Assembly (NCBI GenBank): GCA_902779565.1
Contig: CACZCD010000006.1
Span: forward strand, 11,413-75,412
Length of the DNA: 64,000 bases
Direction of reading: 5' to 3'
Source of the DNA: an uncultured bacterium
GTDB taxonomy: Bacteria; Verrucomicrobiota; Kiritimatiellia; RFP12; UBA1067
Under the pieces are notes generated by a model. It worked only from the letters and a program-made list of their open reading frames with translations. It searched no databases and was not told the DNA's origin. The position numbers and the translations under genes are program-made. Below, piece after piece: positions 58,863 to 64,000 of this stretch. The stretch's first letter is position 1. Each line of letters begins with the position of its first letter.

Positions 58863-60392
58863 ATGAAACGAATAGCTTTTTGGATGACGGCGCTTTGCGC
58901 GGTGGGGTGTCTGGCGGCGACGGAACGCATGATCTACCGTCAGGCGTTTGGACGGGTGGCGAGCATGGATCCGCTGCGGGCCGGGGACGAGATGTGCGCG
59001 AAGGCGGTTGCGCTTGTCTATGAGCCGCTTTTGGAGGTCGATTACTATGCGCGGCCCTATCGGCTCAAGTCCTGCGTCTGCGAACTTCCTGACGTGAGTG
59101 CGGATGGTTGCGTCTATACGTTCCGTATCCGGGAAGGGGGCGTAAAGTTCCGCAACGGCAACCCTGTCAAGGCGACCGACATCAAGCGCTGTCTCGATCG
59201 GCTCGCCGACAAGACGAACGCCAGTCCCGGTATGTGGACCATGGCCAGCGTGAAGACGGTGGAGGTTGCCGATGACCAGACGGTCGTGATCACACTCAAG
59301 AAGCCGTTGCACGTTTTCAAATGGCTGATGGCCATGCCGTTTACGGGGGTGATGGCGGAGGATGGCACGGGTTCGGGCGCCTACTGGCTGAAGCACTGGC
59401 GCAAAAACCACGAGATGGTGTTCGAGCGGAATCCCACCTATCGCGACAAGGTGGCCATCGACGAACTGCGCTTCTATGTGGTGGATGACGTCTCCACGCA
59501 GTGGCTGATGTTCCTCGGCGGCGAGCTGGACTATCTCGGCAGCGTGTCGCGGGACAACTGGGATGCCGTGATCGGCAAGGATGGCGATCTGCTGCCGCAG
59601 CTCAAGTCGAAGGGCATGACGCTCAAGACCTCCTCTTCGCTGTCCGTCTTCTACGTGGGCTTCAACATGAAGGATCCGGTTTTGGGTCCGAACAAGAAGC
59701 TGCGTCAGGCCCTCAACTGCGCGTTTGACTTCCCGGCGTGGCAGCGGTTCCTGAACAACCGGATCCTGCCGAGCAATGGTCCGTTGCCGCCCGGCATCGA
59801 CGGACGGCTCGAAACGCCGTTTGCCTACGCCTACGACGAGACGAAGGCGAAGAAGCTCTTGGCGGAGGCGGGTTATCCCAACGGCGTCGATCCGAAAACG
59901 GGGCGGCGTCTTCATCTGGAGATCTCCATTGGCCGCGCCACGCAGGATGCGCGCGAGATGGCGGAGCTGATGGCGTCGTTCTACGACCGCGTGGGAATCG
60001 AGTTGGTGGCGCGGTACATGACGTGGGACGCGTTCCTCACCGCCGTGAACGAAGGGCGTACGCAGATGTTCAATCTGGGCTGGATCGGCGATTATCCCGA
60101 CCCCGAGAACTTCATGCAGCTCTTCCACTCCAAGAACGTTCCGCCCGGCGCGAACCATGGAGCCTACATCAATCCCGCCTTCGACAAGGCGTTCGACTCC
60201 TTGGACTGGAAGACGGCTCAGGAGATCGTGCGCGAGGATTGCCCGTGGGTCTTTCTCCATTCGCCCAAGGTCTATTCGCTCATCTGGAACCGGGTTGAGA
60301 ACTACATCCCGACCGATTTCGCGTACGGCATCGAAAAGCACCTCCGCCTCAAGCGCGCGGGCGCCCCAGACGGTCCATCACAAGCGCGATAG
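58863..60392 (+). CDS. ABC transporter substrate-binding protein, family 5 (peptide/nickel type)
   Basis: Signal peptide; SBP_bac_5 pattern. Confidence 0.8.
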   Translation: MKRIAFWMTALCAVGCLAATERMIYRQAFGRVASMDPLRAGDEMCAKAVALVYEPLLEVDYYARPYRLKSCVCELPDVSADGCVYTFRIREGGVKFRNGNPVKATDIKRCLDRLADKTNASPGMWTMASVKTVEVADDQTVVITLKKPLHVFKWLMAMPFTGVMAEDGTGSGAYWLKHWRKNHEMVFERNPTYRDKVAIDELRFYVVDDVSTQWLMFLGGELDYLGSVSRDNWDAVIGKDGDLLPQLKSKGMTLKTSSSLSVFYVGFNMKDPVLGPNKKLRQALNCAFDFPAWQRFLNNRILPSNGPLPPGIDGRLETPFAYAYDETKAKKLLAEAGYPNGVDPKTGRRLHLEISIGRATQDAREMAELMASFYDRVGIELVARYMTWDAFLTAVNEGRTQMFNLGWIGDYPDPENFMQLFHSKNVPPGANHGAYINPAFDKAFDSLDWKTAQEIVREDCPWVFLHSPKVYSLIWNRVENYIPTDFAYGIEKHLRLKRAGAPDGPSQAR

Positions 60393-61518
60393 CGCCATCG
60401 CCCGTGATGTTGCAGGCGGTGCCGATGGAGTCGGTCGCCACATAGAGCGTGATCATCAGCGCAAGCTGCGCTTGGTCAAATCCCAGGATCGATTCGAGGA
60501 TGCCGAGTGCCGCCATCACCGCGCCGCCGGGCACGCCGGGGGCCGCCACCATCACCACGCCCACCATGGCGATGAAGCCCGCGAAGGTCGAGAGCGTGAT
60601 TTGGTCCGTCTGTCCGTTCATCAGCATGAGGGCGACGGCGCACGAGACGATCTTCACGGTTGAGCCGGCAAGATGGACCGTGGCGCAGAGCGGCACCACG
60701 AAGTCCGCCACCTCCGGACGCACGCCGTTCGCGATGGTCTGGGCGCGGGTGACGGGGATGGTGGCCGCCGAGGACGAGGTGCCGAGCGCGGTCAGGTAGG
60801 CGGGCAGCATCGTCCAGAGAGCCTTGAACGGGTTCTTGCGGGCGATCGCGCCGGCAATGCAGAACTGGATCAGGATCACCACGAGGGTGAGCAGCGAAAA
60901 GACGACGATGATGGCGGCGAAGGCGGTGAGCACGGTCTTCGTTTTGCCGGCGGCGGTCATGTCAAGGAACAGGCCGAAGATGTAGAGCGGCAGGAGCGGT
61001 ACGAGGGCGACGGAGATCGTCTTGGTGATCACGGTGCGGAACTCGAGGAAACCGCGCTTGAGGATGTCGGAGTCGGCGAAGATCATGCCGAGACCGATGA
61101 TGAAGGAGAAGACGAGCGCGCTCATCACGTCCAACATCGCGGGGATCTTGATCATGACGTAGGGCTTGAACTCATGTGCCGCCTCGCGCACGGCATCGGC
61201 GGCGTTGGCTGAGACGAGCGACGGAAACGCCTCCACCGAGACGAAGTAACCCAGAAAGCCGGCGAAAAGGGTGGAGGCGTAGGCGAGGGCGACGGTGGTG
61301 AGCAGCATCCGCCCGGCACCGCGTCCGGTTTCGGCGATGGCGGGCGCCACAAGACCGAGAATGATGAGCGGTACCATGAACTTGATGAACTGGTCGAATA
61401 TCGCCGCAAAGGTGTTTACGCCCCTTACGATGGGAGCGGGGGCGATGCCGCCGAGCGCGATGCCGAGAATGATCGCGAGGGCGATGCGAGGCAGAAGTCC
61501 GAACTTTATGCTTTTCAT
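60349..61518 (-). CDS. dicarboxylate/amino acid:cation symporter (DAACS family)
   Basis: 8 TM plus re-entrant loops pattern; its 3' end overlaps the convergent SBP gene by 44 nt. Confidence 0.8.
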   Translation of the reverse strand: MKSIKFGLLPRIALAIILGIALGGIAPAPIVRGVNTFAAIFDQFIKFMVPLIILGLVAPAIAETGRGAGRMLLTTVALAYASTLFAGFLGYFVSVEAFPSLVSANAADAVREAAHEFKPYVMIKIPAMLDVMSALVFSFIIGLGMIFADSDILKRGFLEFRTVITKTISVALVPLLPLYIFGLFLDMTAAGKTKTVLTAFAAIIVVFSLLTLVVILIQFCIAGAIARKNPFKALWTMLPAYLTALGTSSSAATIPVTRAQTIANGVRPEVADFVVPLCATVHLAGSTVKIVSCAVALMLMNGQTDQITLSTFAGFIAMVGVVMVAAPGVPGGAVMAALGILESILGFDQAQLALMITLYVATDSIGTACNITGDGAIALVMDRLGRPRA

Positions 61519-61526
61519 GGCGAGGA

Positions 61527-61550
61527 ATTATACCACATGTGGTATAATTT
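61527..61550. promoter_or_regulatory. 24-bp perfect palindrome AATTATACCACATGTGGTATAATT: back-to-back extended -10 boxes for divergent genes
   Basis: Seen directly; the minus-gene ATG lies 9 nt from its -10. Confidence 0.5.
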
Positions 61551-61620
61551 TTGCCTGTCGGAGAAGTTGCGCGGTCAACGGGTGACGGCGGCTCCTGTCG
61601 GCGCAAGAAAAGGAACGATA

Positions 61621-64000
61621 AATGAAGAGGACGAAACTGAAGGGTCTCGCGGTAGGACTGGCGGCTCTGTTCGCAATGGAAGCGGGGGCCGCCGCAACGG
61701 AGGTGCCAATGCCCGAAGGGGAGACGCCCCTGCGTATCACCGGGACAGGAAGCGGCTCGGAAACGCGTGCTTGGACGGCGGGGAAGGTTGACCTTGCAGC
61801 CGACCGCTGCTACCGCGTGACCTTCTCGCACCGCAAGGAACCTGAAACGCTCGGTACCACGCTCTGCACAGGGGTGAGCCGGCTCAATTTCGATACGGGG
61901 GTCGGCAATGAATGGAAAACGCGCACGTTTATCCTGTTGACGGGCGAGGGGAAGGAGGGGCGGTTCGAGTCGCCGTGGCATTTTGGTCTCTACAACGTGA
62001 AGGGGGCGGTCGAGGTCAAGAACCTGAAGCGTGTGACGGTGGTGCCGCGTCACGCCGTCTTCGAAAGCGGAGAGCTTGGGCGCGGCGAGATGATCCTGGC
62101 GAACCGGTATTCCTGCGATGTCGTCTGGGGCGGCGAACTGGGTAACTATGCGCGGGCGCTCAAGTCGTTTCGCGGGCGGGTGTCGTTCAACACCACGCGT
62201 TGGGAATTCTCGGGCGGCGGCGAGATGGTTTTCGCCCATGAACTTTCTGGTCGTCGGTTCTTGAAGGGAGACCTGACGGTGCGCCTGCAGCGGTATTGGC
62301 GCGGCAGTTTGAATGTGGATGCGTCAGGCGATGACGGGAAAACCTGGCATCGTGTGGGCGTTTTGGATGCGAACCATAAACCGTTGATCGCGCCGGTTCC
62401 CGAGGCGGTGCTTCGCGCCAGCGGCGGTCGGGCGCTTCTCGTGCGCCTGACAGGGGCCTCAGATGCGTCCATGCAGGTTTCGGGCTACACGCTTTCGGCG
62501 GATGTGGATGGACCGTCGGCCTATGTGACGGGGGCGACTGATTTTGTGGCGGACGGTGAGGAGAAACCGCTTCCGAAAGTGGGAGACATCCCGTACTATA
62601 CCGACCGATTCGGCGAACGGCTTCCTTGTGGCGAGACGGATCTTGCGTTGTGGCGCGCGTCCAGTGGATGGAAGGTGGCGCGCACCCGGAAGCCGCCGAC
62701 GGATCGCGCGACCGAGCTTCGCATCGGAACGGCCATCAACGAGGCAGAAGCGGTGCAGCTCGTCGTGACGCCGGCGGTTGCGCTGGCGGGCGTCTGTGTC
62801 ACGGCGACGGCGCCGTCAAACGCGCAAGGCGCCGAGATTCCCCTGTCGGCGGTGGACGTGCTGCGCGTTCGCTATGTGAACATAACGGATGTTGTGGAGC
62901 ATGGTGCCGTGCGGGGACTTTACCCCGACCCGTTGCCGCCGCAGCGCGCGGAGGGCGTCTCCGTGGCGGCGAACGAAAGCCAGCCGTTCTGGGTGCGGGT
63001 GAAGCCGCCGAAGGGAACGGCGCCGGGACTCTATCGCGGACGGCTCCGCGTCTCCGGACGTCGACAGGCGGGCGGTCAGGCGTTCGTGTGCGAGGTGCCG
63101 TACGAAGTGGAGGTTTTCGGTTTTCAGCTACCGGATGTGATGACCTGCCGGACGGCGTTTGGCTTACGTGGTCCCATCGACAAGATTCACAACGCCAAGA
63201 CTTCCGCCGAACGCCGCCTCACGCTCGACCGTTATTTCAAGGCGATGGACGACTGGCATCTCTCCCCCTACTATCCGGCGGCGCGTGCCGGGAAGTGGAA
63301 GGTGCGCTGGACGGGGTTGGACGAGGTGCGTGCGGGAAGACCGGAGAAGGCCGAGCCGGTGTTCGACTGGACGGAATGGGACCGCGAGATGGAAGAGTCG
63401 TTTTCGAAGTACCACTTTACGTCATTCCGTCTGGATCGTGAACTCGGTCTGGGCGTGGGGGCATCGGGCGGTCCCGGCAAGGTGTCGCTTGCTGGCATCC
63501 CTGAGACGGATCCCGGCTATGAGGTGATGTTGGCGAAGTATCTCGGGGCGGTAGAGCGCCATCTGAAGGAGAAGGGTTGGCTGGATAAGGCGCTCGTCTA
63601 TTGCTTTGACGAACCGCGGGCGAGCGACTCGGAGTTTGTCATGCGCGGGTTCATGCGCGCGAAGCGCTACGCGCCGGGTCTGCGGCGCTTCCTTACGGCG
63701 CCCGTGCGCCGCGAGCTCGTGGGCGGACCGGATATTTGGTGCCCGATCTTTCCCGATTACGACGAGAAGACGGCGGCGGAGCGGAAGGCGGCGGGCGACG
63801 AATTCTGGTCTTACGTCTGTATGTTTCCGCGTGCACCGTACGCGACGCTCTTCATCGAGCATCCCGGTGTGGAGATGCGCACATGGCTGTGGCAGTGCCG
63901 CGCCGCCGGCATGACGGGCGTGCTCGTTTGGGATACAAACAACTGGATGGATCGCAACCCTTATGAGACGCCGATGGCGCGCAATCGCGAGGGTGGGTTC
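61621..64000 (+). CDS. large secreted hypothetical protein, 3'-partial at window end
   Basis: ATG, signal peptide MKRTKLKGLAVGLAALFAMEAGAA, open frame to the window end; absent from the ORF track because no stop is reached. Confidence 0.6.

Overview
High-GC (about 60-65% by eye) bacterial chromosomal segment, mostly + strand. The lineage is not determinable from sequence alone, but LpxI-family, RND efflux and MsbA-like genes indicate a diderm. The left end (1-3910) is the edge of an integrated element: three small minus-strand DNA-binding/phage-like genes, a large tyrosine integrase, and a tRNA-Ala-like 3' half (att remnant) next to an 18-bp palindrome. Housekeeping genes follow: efp, galE, a translationally coupled pair of SPFH paralogs, three small secreted proteins/lipoproteins, a Na/Pi cotransporter, two CorC/DUF21 genes, uvrC, an LpxI-family gene, an RND efflux pair, a TAT-secreted metallophosphoesterase, a Ser/Thr kinase fused to YD (Rhs-like) repeats, gluQ, a histone-H1-like/CBM48 mini-protein and proA. 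A roughly 11-kb, lower-GC cell-surface polymer cluster (30676-41436) follows, with YrbL-like, GT8, acetyltransferase, pyruvyltransferase, TagF-like CDP-glycerol phosphotransferase, IspD/TarI-like cytidylyltransferase, SDR, deacetylase, GT4 and MsbA-like ABC exporter genes. Next is an aromatic amino acid supraoperon (DAHP synthase, pheA, aroB, aroA, aroC, tyrA, aroE-aroK fusion), preceded by an F/W/Y-rich leader peptide and attenuator and interrupted by a MITE-like insertion. Then come an AAA ATPase, a DRTGG/CBS-GHKL pair, large secreted proteins, polA, ispA, an ABC substrate-binding protein, a DAACS symporter and a partial secreted protein. Non-coding features include a 95-bp structured repeat in two copies, a recurring extended -10 promoter motif TGTGGTATAAT(ACGCGCC) often placed for leaderless starts, G-quadruplex-type (GGGGAAY)n tracts inserted in-frame into genes, and a (TAGTGGN)6 heptamer array. 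No CRISPR array, rRNA or transposase gene was seen. Coordinates of non-CDS features come from the sequence line numbering and may be off by 1-2 nt.
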